Part shown: one piece after another, positions 28,700-37,570 of the stretch | Numbering within the stretch: position 1 is the first letter of the stretch | Layout of the letters: each line of letters opens with the position of its first letter | Virus record (IMG/VR): IMGVR_UViG_2718218135_000004 | Reading direction: 5' to 3' (one strand) | Source: a virus | Taxonomy: Duplodnaviria; Heunggongvirae; Uroviricota; Caudoviricetes | DNA length: 37,570 bases | The notes under the pieces: model-generated | Told to the model about the DNA's origin: nothing | Seen by the model: the letters and a program-made list of their open reading frames with translations, nothing else | The model's database searches: none | Position numbers and translations under genes: made by a program

Positions 28700-29506
28700 A
28701 TGAAGAAATTAACTGGCGTAATTGCTTTTGCTCTGCTGCTTACTGCTTGTGACAAACCGAAGATCGATGCATCAAGCGATCAGTCGATGAAAGAGTCCAT
28801 TCAAAAAGTAAGAGAGTCCTTACCTGCAGATAAAAAAGCTCAGTTTGATGATGCAGTTAAAGTCGTTGCCTTTAGCCAAATCAACATGAGAGAGCTAATG
28901 CAGGCTGGAACGTCTTCTGGGGACGTCTACGAAACAAAAATTAAGTCAGCGTTGGAAGGTAAAACTGGTGATGAGGTTATAAATTACGCACAAACTATTC
29001 GCCTTGAGCGTGAGAAGAGAGAGAAAGAACAGGCTCTGCAAGAAATAAAAGAACTGGAAGCCAAACAAACCTCTGCAACACAGGCTGCGGAAAAAATGAA
29101 AGCCTTCAAGGTCGAACGTTCCCGTTTTTATTTCCAGAAAGAGGATTACGGCAATGATCAGCCAATTCTGGATATTAGCGTTGAAAACGGAACAGACAAA
29201 GCGGTTGCCAGAGTATTCTTCAAAGGAGTTATTGCCAGCCCAGGAAGAAGCGTCCCTTGGTTCTCTGACGTCTTCAACTATAAAATTTCTGGAGGTCTGG
29301 AACCAGGTGAGAAAGCCAACTGGAAATTAGCCCCTAATAGATACTCTGATTGGGGAAAACTTAAAGTTCCGGCTGATGCTATATTTACCGTCACAGTCAT
29401 TGGCCTTGAAGACGCAGATGGGAAATCGATCTATGGTGACGCCGAGTTTTCAGAACGCGATGCTGACAGACTGAATCAACTTAGAGATAAGTACCTTTCT
29501 AAATAA
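28700..29506 (+). CDS. lipoprotein (268 aa) with coiled-coil segment
   Basis: MKKLTGVIAFALLLTAC signal peptide plus lipobox; ORF-track start 28628 is an upstream extension. Confidence 0.7.
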   Translation: MKKLTGVIAFALLLTACDKPKIDASSDQSMKESIQKVRESLPADKKAQFDDAVKVVAFSQINMRELMQAGTSSGDVYETKIKSALEGKTGDEVINYAQTIRLEREKREKEQALQEIKELEAKQTSATQAAEKMKAFKVERSRFYFQKEDYGNDQPILDISVENGTDKAVARVFFKGVIASPGRSVPWFSDVFNYKISGGLEPGEKANWKLAPNRYSDWGKLKVPADAIFTVTVIGLEDADGKSIYGDAEFSERDADRLNQLRDKYLSK

Positions 29507-29614
29507 TCAAAATTAAAGCTACTTCAGCATAGTCCCTGAGAATATATATCAGGGACTACCAAATCACGGCAGATACCCCTTAGTTAAATAATGCTAAACG
29601 CTTAGAAAGAGACC

Positions 29615-29914
29615 ATGAAACGTATAACTTTCTCCTTTACGTTAGTAGCAATCATCATAGCCTTAGCTGGATGTGCTTTGCCAGATAAAGACGGCGACTT
29701 CGGAGCTTATGTTCATGCCTGTCAGCAATATGCATACGGAAAATCCTATGCCTTTGAGAATAGAGACTTCGCGTATAAGGTCTGTAAGGACGCGGCGAAA
29801 CTGTGGAGTGAAGAAGTTCCTGGCTATATCATCAGGCAAATTCAACTACATCCTGAAATACCCAGCGAAGAAATTAAATATGCAGCCATGGCCGGCTCTT
29901 TGGGTAACAACTAA
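29615..29914 (+). CDS. small lipoprotein (99 aa)
   Basis: MKRITFSFTLVAIIIALAGC signal peptide plus lipobox. Confidence 0.7.
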   Translation: MKRITFSFTLVAIIIALAGCALPDKDGDFGAYVHACQQYAYGKSYAFENRDFAYKVCKDAAKLWSEEVPGYIIRQIQLHPEIPSEEIKYAAMAGSLGNN

Positions 29915-29927
29915 ATCAACTTATGAG

Positions 29928-29950
29928 AAAGGGGCTTAATGCCCCTTTTC
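29928..29950. terminator. rho-independent terminator between convergent lipoprotein gene and small ORF
   Basis: AAAGGGGC-TTAAT-GCCCCTTTT stem-loop. Confidence 0.65.
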
Positions 29951-29981
29951 GGTTCCCTTATCAAGTCCTAACGAAACAAGC

Positions 29982-30170
29982 TCAACTGATTACATCCATC
30001 GACCTACTGTATTCATGGCTTCGAATTTTCGCCATCAACTCATCAGTCAATTCAGAAACCCACTGCAGAGCTAGCCCCTTCTCTTCATCACTACACTCAC
30101 TAGCCGCTACAAGCTTAAGAAAAAAATCAATGCGCTGGAGCTTCAAAGACTCCAAAAAATAGTCCTGCAT
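29982..30170 (-). CDS. small helical protein (62 aa) downstream of tandem LexA boxes; candidate SOS-induced antirepressor (Tum-like position)
   Basis: ATG 30170 with AGGAGG RBS 4 nt upstream; ORF-track start 30272 would lie upstream of the LexA boxes. Confidence 0.55.
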   Translation of the reverse strand: MQDYFLESLKLQRIDFFLKLVAASECSDEEKGLALQWVSELTDELMAKIRSHEYSRSMDVIS

Positions 30171-30196
30171 CTTTCCTCCTATAACACCATACGCAA

Positions 30197-30231
30197 TACT
30201 GTACATATAAACACTGTTTATATTTACAGTA
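30197..30231 (-). promoter_or_regulatory. two overlapping LexA (SOS) boxes
   Basis: CTGT-ACATATAA-ACAC (30199-30214) and perfect CTGT-TTATATTT-ACAG (30214-30229), immediately upstream of the 62-aa ORF. Confidence 0.65.
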
Positions 30232-30323
30232 TATAATAATCTTACTGATGTAAAACGTTTTTTTACGTTCATCAGCCTGATATGCCTGGTATTATTAAGA
30301 GCACGAATTGTTAACCCGCGTGA

Positions 30324-32738
30324 TTAATACAGGTTCCGCCACTTATCATCTTCCTGCAAACGCTGGTTCCGATAGAAGATACGCAGGCCTGCTCCTGACG
30401 GAATACTGCCACCGCAAAGGAGCAAATCGACCTCTTTCTCGCTGCCATCAAATCCTCTGGACTTCAGTTCATAGACGAGCTGCTGACGCTGATACTCTGT
30501 AATTCGCTGTTTGTAGTCTTTACGCCGTTTCGGTTTAACCAGGCGCAATCTTGCTGCCAGTTCCCGGCGCTCTTTTTTGCTCATACTGTGCAGGTAATCG
30601 TGCAATTCCTTGTCATCCATGCAGGTAATGTCCGTTCTGGTATCCCCATCTGCTGATTCATCTTTCTCATGTTGGTTCAAATTTTCAGCAAGGGGACAGT
30701 TATTGCCACGAGTCCAAGGGGCGCAAGCGCCCTGGTCGGCTGCCGCCTCCTGAACGTCAACGGCCTTACGAACCATTTTCCACTTCACCGCATGAGTGCA
30801 GATCTTGCCCTCTGCAATGGGTGACCAGATGCCATAAATACGAATGCCGTGATCGCCATAGGCGGTCGGCTCTTCGTTAATTTCATAAGCAGTTCTGATG
30901 AGGTGATATTTGCGGGGAACCAGTACGCCGCCCTGCTTCATGATGTAAGTGGCAAAACAACCAGCATCAGCAGCAGCCAGGATTGCATCAAGGCGCGGGT
31001 TATCCAGTACCGGCGCACCTGCTTTTTTGTCCCCCTGTTGCCTTGCCGCCTGACCAGCCAGCAATCGCAGTTCACGGTAAGCCTGACGCCCCGGAATGCC
31101 AAAGAAGCGGAATTGCTGAACACGATGCAAAGACGCCCAGGCATTCACGTATTCAGCGTTATCACGCAGAGATTTACCCGTTTCCTTGCTGATCTCGCCA
31201 GCCAGACCACGCCCGTCAATGTTCTTGCTGATATATTTCGCGATGTAGCTTGTCGGCGTTCCTTTGCGCGGGTTAATCAACTCAGACTTAAATCGTGGTC
31301 CCGTGTTATTCCCCAGCTCCTCGCGGTCTTCACGAATGGCAAACTTACGCAATAAAGCAGTAATGGCGCGGCGATCTTTTTTGCGCATAAAACACAACAG
31401 GTGCCAGTGAACTGTACCGTCATGATGCGGCTCAGCCACCCGCACGCCATACCAGCGCAATCCGGCTTTGTGCATCGCCTTACGAAATGCAGCAAACATG
31501 CCGACCAGATAATCACTGCTTTGTCTTACCGTCGCATTTGTCCAGGTCGGGTTGGGCCTGCCGTTATTTAGCGTGGAATGGAAACGTGACGGACAGGTGA
31601 TGGTGTAGAAAACGGCGCAGTCACCGCGCATTTCCGCGATAAGCTCCAGGCCTTTAACACAGGCCATCATCTCATTGCGGCGATGCGCAGGGTTGCTGCT
31701 GCTGGCGTTTACCACATCCTCCATGTCCAGCGTGTCGCCGTCTTCGTTCACCAGTTCATGAGAACGAAAAAACTCCAGCGACTTACGGCGCTGCTCACGT
31801 TTATGCATCACGGCTTCATAGCTGACATAAGGAGATGCTTTTTTGCTAACCAGGCAGACAGCGCGCAACTGCTCTTCCCGCCATTCGCAACGCATCTTCC
31901 ATAATTTCCGATACCACCAGTCGGCGCACAACATACGCGCCAGCGAACCCGGAATGAGTTCATAGGGCACGGGTTTACGGCGGTTTCTTTTCCGGCGGAG
32001 TTGCTCAAACGCAGGAGGAATGACATCCAGACGCAGGGTTTCCGCCGCCACCCTTTCCCATGTCTTGCGGATTTCTTCTGGCTTAACGTCATCGGTGGCA
32101 TACAAATCGCCACAAGCTGCATCAAGACACATGCTCATATGCGCAGCAACAAGGGTGGACAGGCGTTTCACCTGATCCTGACTCATTTCAGGCAGGATCA
32201 GCAGGCCGTCCAGCCCTTCATGGCTTGCCATAAAGCGAAAAGAAGTGGATAGCTGACAGTCGCGTACATGCTCCAGTCGTTCCAGACATGGCTTAATCGT
32301 CTCACGCAAATAGCGGGAATAAGCCTTTGGCCTGCCCAGGCTGCTGAAGTATTCGATACGTTGCATCAGCGGTTTGCTGATATGGGAAGGCTGGGCATTG
32401 ACGTCCGCCAGAATGACCATATCTGGATTAAAACGCTGCTGCTCATGCGCCAGCTTTGCCCGGCTAATGAGCTTATCCTGCTCCATTTCGCGTTGGACAG
32501 GATCACGGGATTCATTAAAGAAATAACGCTCCCAGACCTGATCACTTAGTGCCTCGCGACGCAGTTGTTCCTGCTCATTATCGACAGCGTACAGAGTGAT
32601 CAGGTTTGAAAGCGCAGAAACCGGCGCAACTTCCGCCAGGTCCAGATAAGGGTTAATGGCCTTTTTCGGGCTGTTCCATGAGAATGCTGCGGCGACCTCG
32701 TTAAAGCCGCTGCAGTTGTTCATATCATCATGGCTCAT
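30324..32738 (-). CDS. A: replication initiation protein gpA-like (rolling-circle nickase)
   Basis: 804-aa ORF at the gpA position. Confidence 0.85.
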   Translation of the reverse strand: MSHDDMNNCSGFNEVAAAFSWNSPKKAINPYLDLAEVAPVSALSNLITLYAVDNEQEQLRREALSDQVWERYFFNESRDPVQREMEQDKLISRAKLAHEQQRFNPDMVILADVNAQPSHISKPLMQRIEYFSSLGRPKAYSRYLRETIKPCLERLEHVRDCQLSTSFRFMASHEGLDGLLILPEMSQDQVKRLSTLVAAHMSMCLDAACGDLYATDDVKPEEIRKTWERVAAETLRLDVIPPAFEQLRRKRNRRKPVPYELIPGSLARMLCADWWYRKLWKMRCEWREEQLRAVCLVSKKASPYVSYEAVMHKREQRRKSLEFFRSHELVNEDGDTLDMEDVVNASSSNPAHRRNEMMACVKGLELIAEMRGDCAVFYTITCPSRFHSTLNNGRPNPTWTNATVRQSSDYLVGMFAAFRKAMHKAGLRWYGVRVAEPHHDGTVHWHLLCFMRKKDRRAITALLRKFAIREDREELGNNTGPRFKSELINPRKGTPTSYIAKYISKNIDGRGLAGEISKETGKSLRDNAEYVNAWASLHRVQQFRFFGIPGRQAYRELRLLAGQAARQQGDKKAGAPVLDNPRLDAILAAADAGCFATYIMKQGGVLVPRKYHLIRTAYEINEEPTAYGDHGIRIYGIWSPIAEGKICTHAVKWKMVRKAVDVQEAAADQGACAPWTRGNNCPLAENLNQHEKDESADGDTRTDITCMDDKELHDYLHSMSKKERRELAARLRLVKPKRRKDYKQRITEYQRQQLVYELKSRGFDGSEKEVDLLLCGGSIPSGAGLRIFYRNQRLQEDDKWRNLY

Positions 32739-33592
32739 GCACGCACTCCGTACATGGCAGAACTATCCACGCCACGCGAAGGATCAAATCCCACCCAGCA
32801 GCGCGCCCCGGAAACAGCAATGATTTCTGTTGCAGATTTACTCTCGCCAGCCGACACGCCGATGCTGCGTTTTGCCTTGATGTAGTGGTGAGTGAAATTG
32901 CGATACAGCGAACGAATCAGGGATGTGTCACTGTTAGAAACAATGACCGGATGACCTTCAGATGATCGATGTTCAAGAACAGATGCCAGGTGATACTGGT
33001 CATCTTCAGTGAAGCCATCAGTGTGATAGCCGGAAAACGTACCGTCATAAGGCGGATCGCAATACACCACATCCCCCACCTTCAACATCGCCAGCGTTTC
33101 ATCAAAGCTGGCGCAGATAAACGTTGCCCGCTGGGCTTTCTCTGCAAATGCGCGAATTTCTTTTTCAGGGAAATACGGATTTTTATAATTACCGTAGGGA
33201 ATGTTGAAATACCCGCTCTTGTTATAGCGACATAACCCACGGTAACCATGACGATTGAGATACAGAAAATATACCGCTTTCATGAAATCAGTAATTTCAG
33301 TGGAGTAATTAAACTCCTGCCTGATGTTGTAATAAGTCACCTCCCTGTTTGCTTCCTCAAATAAAGCTCTGGCACGAGATATAAACGCCTCACAATCAGC
33401 AGCAACCTTTTTATAGAGGTTGATTAAATCAGGATTAATATCCGCAACAAGATAGCTGGGGTAATCCGTCTCCATCATCACTGCACAGGAACCCGCGAAA
33501 GGTTCAACCAGTCGCGGGCCAGCAGGAAGGTGTTTTTTCAGTTCGGACATAATGGCGGTTTTATTTCCCGCCCATTTCAGGATGGTGCTCAT
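32735..33592 (-). CDS. dam: DNA adenine methyltransferase (Dam-like, D12 class)
   Basis: SAM-binding FAGSCAV motif and catalytic DPPY motif; start at [11 protein letters not shown] (33592); ATGA overlaps with the neighbouring genes. Confidence 0.85.
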   Translation of the reverse strand: MSTILKWAGNKTAIMSELKKHLPAGPRLVEPFAGSCAVMMETDYPSYLVADINPDLINLYKKVAADCEAFISRARALFEEANREVTYYNIRQEFNYSTEITDFMKAVYFLYLNRHGYRGLCRYNKSGYFNIPYGNYKNPYFPEKEIRAFAEKAQRATFICASFDETLAMLKVGDVVYCDPPYDGTFSGYHTDGFTEDDQYHLASVLEHRSSEGHPVIVSNSDTSLIRSLYRNFTHHYIKAKRSIGVSAGESKSATEIIAVSGARCWVGFDPSRGVDSSAMYGVRA

Positions 33593-33816
33593 ACAGCACC
33601 TCCGTTGTAATGTTTGCCTTTCAGCTCTGCAATTTCCTGGCAGGTAATGCAAAGCTGCACACCCGGAATGGCACGGCGGCGTGCTGGCGGAATTGGCGCT
33701 TCACACTCAATGCAAAGCACGCGAGACACGCCCGGTGTTTTGGCACGGGCAGCACGGATATGGCGCTGGCGTTCTTCTTCAACGCGCTGCTGTACGAGAT
33801 CCATTGCATCAGCCAT
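33589..33816 (-). CDS. TraR/DksA-family C4 zinc-finger protein
   Basis: CIECEAPIP...CITCQ C4 pattern in a 75-aa ORF. Confidence 0.7.
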   Translation of the reverse strand: MADAMDLVQQRVEEERQRHIRAARAKTPGVSRVLCIECEAPIPPARRRAIPGVQLCITCQEIAELKGKHYNGGAV

Positions 33817-34055
33817 TAGTGGATCTCCTGCGCTTCGTTCTGGATTGCTTCAGCAGTCACACGCAGCAGTTCTGCCGCTTCCACGTGGTTTAGCTGACGG
33901 GATGAGATATGACACGCCAAGCTATCAAGGCGAGCTGCCATTGCTTCAGCCCTTGCCCGGCGTTCTTCCAGACGAGCCTCTGTCAGTAAAATATTAAGCC
34001 CTGCATCATCCGGTCCGGTTTTAGTCGTGAGGATTTCAATATTACGCATAATCAA
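33816..34055 (-). CDS. hypothetical early-region protein (79 aa)
   Basis: ORF in tight overlap array of early genes. Confidence 0.5.
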   Translation of the reverse strand: MIMRNIEILTTKTGPDDAGLNILLTEARLEERRARAEAMAARLDSLACHISSRQLNHVEAAELLRVTAEAIQNEAQEIH

Positions 34056-34116
34056 TTCTCCTGAATTTAGATAAAGGGATGCTCGGCGGATTTACGCCAT
34101 TAATTTCATTAGTTGG

Positions 34117-34458
34117 TTAATTCGGCATGGTTAGCCGTCTGGGAAATAAGCTCACCACTGCACGAAAATGATTCATTGCTTTAATCAACTCCCGCTTTTC
34201 GTCAGTGGTCAGCTCATTGATGCTGATGCTATGACGTTCAGCCGGAATTTTTGCCATAAAGAATATGGCTGCCAGTGCTCGTTTATTTTGTTCGTTATTA
34301 ATATCCCGTGGATCACGCATATCTTTAATAAACCGCTCAAGCTCTGACTCAATATTCAGGCCAAAAACTTTCGCCCTTAATTCCGCTATGTGATTAAGTC
34401 CATTCAGGCGTTCACCGGGGCTTAATGGAACAGTAGCCGCAGCGCCTTCAATAGCCAT
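34117..34458 (-). CDS. hypothetical early-region protein (113 aa)
   Basis: ORF in early operon downstream of cII. Confidence 0.5.
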   Translation of the reverse strand: MAIEGAAATVPLSPGERLNGLNHIAELRAKVFGLNIESELERFIKDMRDPRDINNEQNKRALAAIFFMAKIPAERHSISINELTTDEKRELIKAMNHFRAVVSLFPRRLTMPN

Positions 34459-34622
34459 TTGTTCCCCCGTTTTTTCGTAGATAGTTCTGCCAGCAATTCA
34501 TCTTGTGAACGGCACGGATGCCAGCGTTTACCATCCTCACCCATGATCCAGCCGTGACCGTAGTGCATTGCCGGGCTTTGTTTTACCAGCAGCGATGCAA
34601 ATGATGGTTCTTTCGTCAGCAT
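34422..34622 (-). CDS. hypothetical early-region protein (66 aa)
   Basis: Start chosen at ATG 34622 with GAGGTG RBS; ORF-track start 34652 overlaps cII. Confidence 0.45.
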   Translation of the reverse strand: MLTKEPSFASLLVKQSPAMHYGHGWIMGEDGKRWHPCRSQDELLAELSTKKRGNKWLLKALRLLFH

Positions 34623-34629
34623 AAGCACC

Positions 34630-35148
34630 TCACAGCAAACCGAATGAAGCACCGAGGCCAGTCACGGTATCAACTGCACTCGCCATCGCAGGATTAGCCT
34701 GTAAACGGGCCTGCAATGAAACAGCAGCCAGCGCCATCAGTCGTGTTACAGAGTTAATGCTGCTGATAGCATCACGACGACCGGCACTAGTTTTTACATC
34801 ACCAGATACCGCACCTGCTGCAACACGTCCGATCTCTGCAGTTGCGCTCATGACGTAATGCGGCAGTTTCTCTTTTGCAACCTCATTAATCGGTACACAT
34901 GGCAGGCAGTGAATCTGTGCCAGAAAACCATCTACCAGCGTTGAATCTTCAGTCAGATCGGTAAGCAGCCAGATTTCTGGTGCGGTTAATAAATGAGGTT
35001 GAGATGGGTTCAGCTTGTTCCGCAGAATCTGCACATTCATGCCAGCACGTTCTGCCAGTTGCACCAGATTGTGGCGCAGTGCGAATGCACGACAGGCTTC
35101 ATCAAAATGTGGATGTTTGGAAACTTGGTAATCAAACATGGTTTTCAA
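34630..35148 (-). CDS. cII: CII-like transcriptional activator (186 CII family)
   Basis: Recalled near-identity to phage 186 CII ([34 protein letters not shown]); the true start may be the internal Met at MFDYQ. Confidence 0.85.
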   Translation of the reverse strand: MKTMFDYQVSKHPHFDEACRAFALRHNLVQLAERAGMNVQILRNKLNPSQPHLLTAPEIWLLTDLTEDSTLVDGFLAQIHCLPCVPINEVAKEKLPHYVMSATAEIGRVAAGAVSGDVKTSAGRRDAISSINSVTRLMALAAVSLQARLQANPAMASAVDTVTGLGASFGLL

Positions 35149-35203
35149 CTCCGAACTTATCGCAAAATCGAACTCAGCGTCTTATTGCGAAAATAGACGT
35201 CTA

Positions 35204-35407
35204 TTAAGCAGACAAAGCATCAACAGTCAGAGCAGCCAGGTTAATCATTACCTTTTCACGTTTTTTGTCTTTACGAAGACGATGACGAGGTAGTCGGCCA
35301 TCAGCCAACATGTCGTTAATCGTATCAATAGAAAGGCCTGTCAGTTCGCTATAACGTTCGATTGTGACATGTGGTGTATTCAGAGTAATTGAAATGTTAG
35401 GTGTCAT
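35204..35407 (-). CDS. apl: Apl/Cox-like excisionase and repressor-region regulator
   Basis: 67-aa HTH protein [19 protein letters not shown].., first gene of the lytic transcript, divergent from cI. Confidence 0.75.
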   Translation of the reverse strand: MTPNISITLNTPHVTIERYSELTGLSIDTINDMLADGRLPRHRLRKDKKREKVMINLAALTVDALSA

Positions 35408-35552
35408 AAGGCAACATTCCTTCTAGATATGGCTTGTGGCGAGCCGTTGTTTGTCGTGATTAGTAGTGAAGGCTCCAAAAGAACACTTCTGGCTCAACTT
35501 TAAGATCGCTTTTGGAATCTGTCAACGAATTTTGGATTTCTTTGGAGGACTT
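35408..35552. promoter_or_regulatory. divergent immunity switch region (pR/pL-type promoters and operators)
   Basis: 145-bp intergenic region between divergent apl and cI; promoters and operators not individually mapped. Confidence 0.5.
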
Positions 35553-36122
35553 GTGGATTTCAATAGCGGCGGTAAGAAAGCCATAGAACGTTTAGTTGAA
35601 GCATATGGGTTCGGTACCCGTCAGGCTCTCTGTGATCATTTAGGTGTTTCTAAGAGCACCATGGCAACGCGCTATATGCGTGATATTTTTCCAGCAGATT
35701 GGGTAATCCAGTGCGCCCTTGAAACGGGCACCTCGCTTAATTGGCTAACAACAGGGCATGGTTCAAAGCAAGCATCAGCAAATACAAATACTATAGAAGT
35801 AGAAAAATATTTATTGTCTGATGGAGCATTGCAGAAAGACGGTTTTTATATTTTTGATAAGGGATTTCTACCCTCTACGTTTAAAAAACCTTTTGTCATC
35901 ACAGATAACAATTCTGAATTTATTTGTGATAAAGAATTTGATGATATACGTGATGGTAAATGGGTAATAAGTATTGATGGCGAAATAACGATCCGTGACA
36001 TTACTCGTTTACCCGGTGGAAGAATCTTCGTCGAGGGTGGAAACAGAGCCTTCGAATGCAAGATAGAAGACATTGAAATAATTGGTAAAATTATAAGTTT
36101 AACAGTCAAGTATGTTAAATAG
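35553..36122 (+). CDS. cI: CI-like immunity repressor (186 CI family)
   Basis: GTG 35553 preceded by GGAGGA RBS; ERLVEAYGFG ... CALETGTSLNWLTTG recalled from 186 CI; ORF-track start 35466 is an extension. Confidence 0.8.
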   Translation: MDFNSGGKKAIERLVEAYGFGTRQALCDHLGVSKSTMATRYMRDIFPADWVIQCALETGTSLNWLTTGHGSKQASANTNTIEVEKYLLSDGALQKDGFYIFDKGFLPSTFKKPFVITDNNSEFICDKEFDDIRDGKWVISIDGEITIRDITRLPGGRIFVEGGNRAFECKIEDIEIIGKIISLTVKYVK

Positions 36123-36137
36123 TACCGGGAGGAAACT

Positions 36138-36329
36138 ATGCTTGGTAAGGTATTTTTTGTGGTTTTGTCATGTTCTTTGTTATTAAACCCACTAACTACC
36201 TATGCTAGAAATTATCCCTGCTCAGGGAAAAAGGGAGGTGTTTCTCACTGTACCTCAGATGGCAAATTCGTTTGCAATGATGGAACTATTAGTAAATCCA
36301 AAAAAATCTGTACTAAAAACTCACGATAA
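36138..36329 (+). CDS. small secreted Cys-rich protein (63 aa), moron candidate between cI and int
   Basis: Signal peptide [23 protein letters not shown]; mature 40 aa with 4 Cys and many Lys. Confidence 0.5.
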   Translation: MLGKVFFVVLSCSLLLNPLTTYARNYPCSGKKGGVSHCTSDGKFVCNDGTISKSKKICTKNSR

Positions 36330-36517
36330 CTTTTGCTTTTATATCTGCGTCTAAAATAAAAATGAGCCGCAGGTTAACCGCAAAAGTTACATGCTCACAT
36401 AGCAAAAAGAATAGCCAACTTCATTATGGCTTCAGTGAGATGTATGGTCGTAGGATTTCATACATTGACACTGGTTATACATACAGTAAAAATGCTCTCT
36501 ACTGGAGGGCATTTTTT

Positions 36518-37570
36518 ATGGCAGTACGAAAACTCACCACAGGGAAATGGCTTTGCGAATGTTACCCCGCCGGACGAAGTGGGCGTCGTGTGCGTAAACA
36601 ATTCGCCACCAAAGGCGAAGCTCTGGCTTTTGAGCGTCACACGATGGAAGAAACCGAATCAAAGCCCTGGCTGGGCGAATCAGTGGATCGTCGAACCCTG
36701 AAAGACGTGGTTGAGCTATGGTTCAAACTACATGGTAAATCTCTGACTGCTGGACAGCATGTCTATGACAAATTGCTGCTGATGGTTGACGCCCTAGGCA
36801 ATCCTCTTGCAACCGATCTCACCTCTAAAATGTTTGCCCACTATCGAGATAAACGCCTGACAGGCGAGATCTACTTCAGCGAGAAATGGAAGAAAGGAGC
36901 AAGCCCGGTCACCATTAACCTGGAGCAAAGCTATCTAAGTAGTGTTTTTAGCGAACTATCCCGTCTGGGCGAATGGTCGTATCCGAACCCACTGGAGAAC
37001 ATGCGAAAATTCACCATCGCAGAAAAAGAGATGGCATGGCTTACCCATGAGCAGATTGTTGAATTACTGGCTGATTGCAAACGTCAGGACCCAATTCTGG
37101 CTCTGGTAGTCAAGATATGCTTAAGCACAGGCGCACGCTGGCGAGAAGCCGTAAATCTTACCCGCTCACAGGTGACCAAATACCGAATTACCTTTGTAAG
37201 AACGAAGGGGAAGAAAAACAGAAGCATCCCTATCAGTAAAGAGCTTTACGAAGAGATCATGGCGCTTGATGGGTTCAATTTCTTCACAGACTGCTATTTT
37301 CAATTTTTATCCGTGATGGAAAAAACGTCTATCGTGCTCCCTCGCGGTCAACTGACACACGTTCTGCGCCATACTTTTGCGGCGCACTTCATGATGTCGG
37401 GTGGAAACATCCTGGCCTTACAAAAAATTCTCGGACACCACGATATAAAAATGACTATGCGTTACGCACATCTGGCACCGGATCATCTGGAAACGGCGCT
37501 CCGTTTCAATCCTCTGGCAACATTGCCAAGTGGCGACAAAGTGGCGGCAGCGGTTGGCATTACCCCGTAA
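36518..37570 (+). CDS. int: tyrosine integrase (P2/186 family)
   Basis: Catalytic R (ARWREA), HxxR (LRHTFAAH) and Y (RYAHL) motifs; start at MAVRKLTTG (36518); stop codon is the last triplet of the window. Confidence 0.9.
   Translation: MAVRKLTTGKWLCECYPAGRSGRRVRKQFATKGEALAFERHTMEETESKPWLGESVDRRTLKDVVELWFKLHGKSLTAGQHVYDKLLLMVDALGNPLATDLTSKMFAHYRDKRLTGEIYFSEKWKKGASPVTINLEQSYLSSVFSELSRLGEWSYPNPLENMRKFTIAEKEMAWLTHEQIVELLADCKRQDPILALVVKICLSTGARWREAVNLTRSQVTKYRITFVRTKGKKNRSIPISKELYEEIMALDGFNFFTDCYFQFLSVMEKTSIVLPRGQLTHVLRHTFAAHFMMSGGNILALQKILGHHDIKMTMRYAHLAPDHLETALRFNPLATLPSGDKVAAAVGITP

Larger units (their letters stand above)
3230..37570 (-). mobile_element. P2/186-like myovirus prophage (ogr end at left, int end at window edge; left boundary approximate)
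   Basis: Contiguous P2-order late genes, 186-like cI/apl/cII switch, gene A and tyrosine integrase; flanked on the left by core genes. Confidence 0.9.

Noticed and set aside
27550-30323. Possible retron or tin/old homologs in the hotspot
   Set aside because: No reverse-transcriptase-sized ORF, no OLD-type ATPase/Toprim ORF and no tin-like ORF in this block; only small genes and lipoproteins
1-37570. CRISPR array
   Set aside because: No regularly spaced direct repeats with unique spacers anywhere in the window; the only repeats are the invertase sites and a few intergenic motifs

Overview
The first ~3.2 kb is ordinary Escherichia-type core chromosome (ybjC, grxA, ybjM, ybjL). From ~3.2 kb to the window edge lies a P2/186-like myovirus prophage in reverse orientation, running from the ogr-like late activator at the left to the integrase at the right (attL lies beyond the window). 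Essentially all P2 late genes are recognisable in P2 order (D-U-T-E/E'-FII-FI ... H-I-J-W-V ... S-R-lysCBA-K-Y-X-L-M-N-O | P-Q), with an E/E' slippery site, nested lysB/lysC and three TGT-N12-ACA late-promoter dyads. The early region is 186-like (cI, apl, cII, gene A, a phage Dam methylase, a TraR-type zinc finger). Three accessory regions stand out. (1) A ~2.1 kb AT-rich cargo island between V and S carries a translationally coupled ABC-type ATPase plus a Toprim-like protein, the architecture of PARIS/OLD-family abortive-infection modules; both genes are interrupted by single-base frameshifts in poly-A tracts. (2) A Pin-type serine invertase sits next to a ~1.9 kb invertible tail-fibre segment bounded by 26-bp inverted crossover sites, and both orientations give in-frame tail fibres. 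(3) The tin/old-equivalent hotspot between Q and A holds a small Zn-ribbon operon, two lipoproteins, a 580-bp repeat-rich non-coding region and a small ORF behind tandem LexA boxes. All assignments are from reading the sequence and recalled family features; no database search was run.
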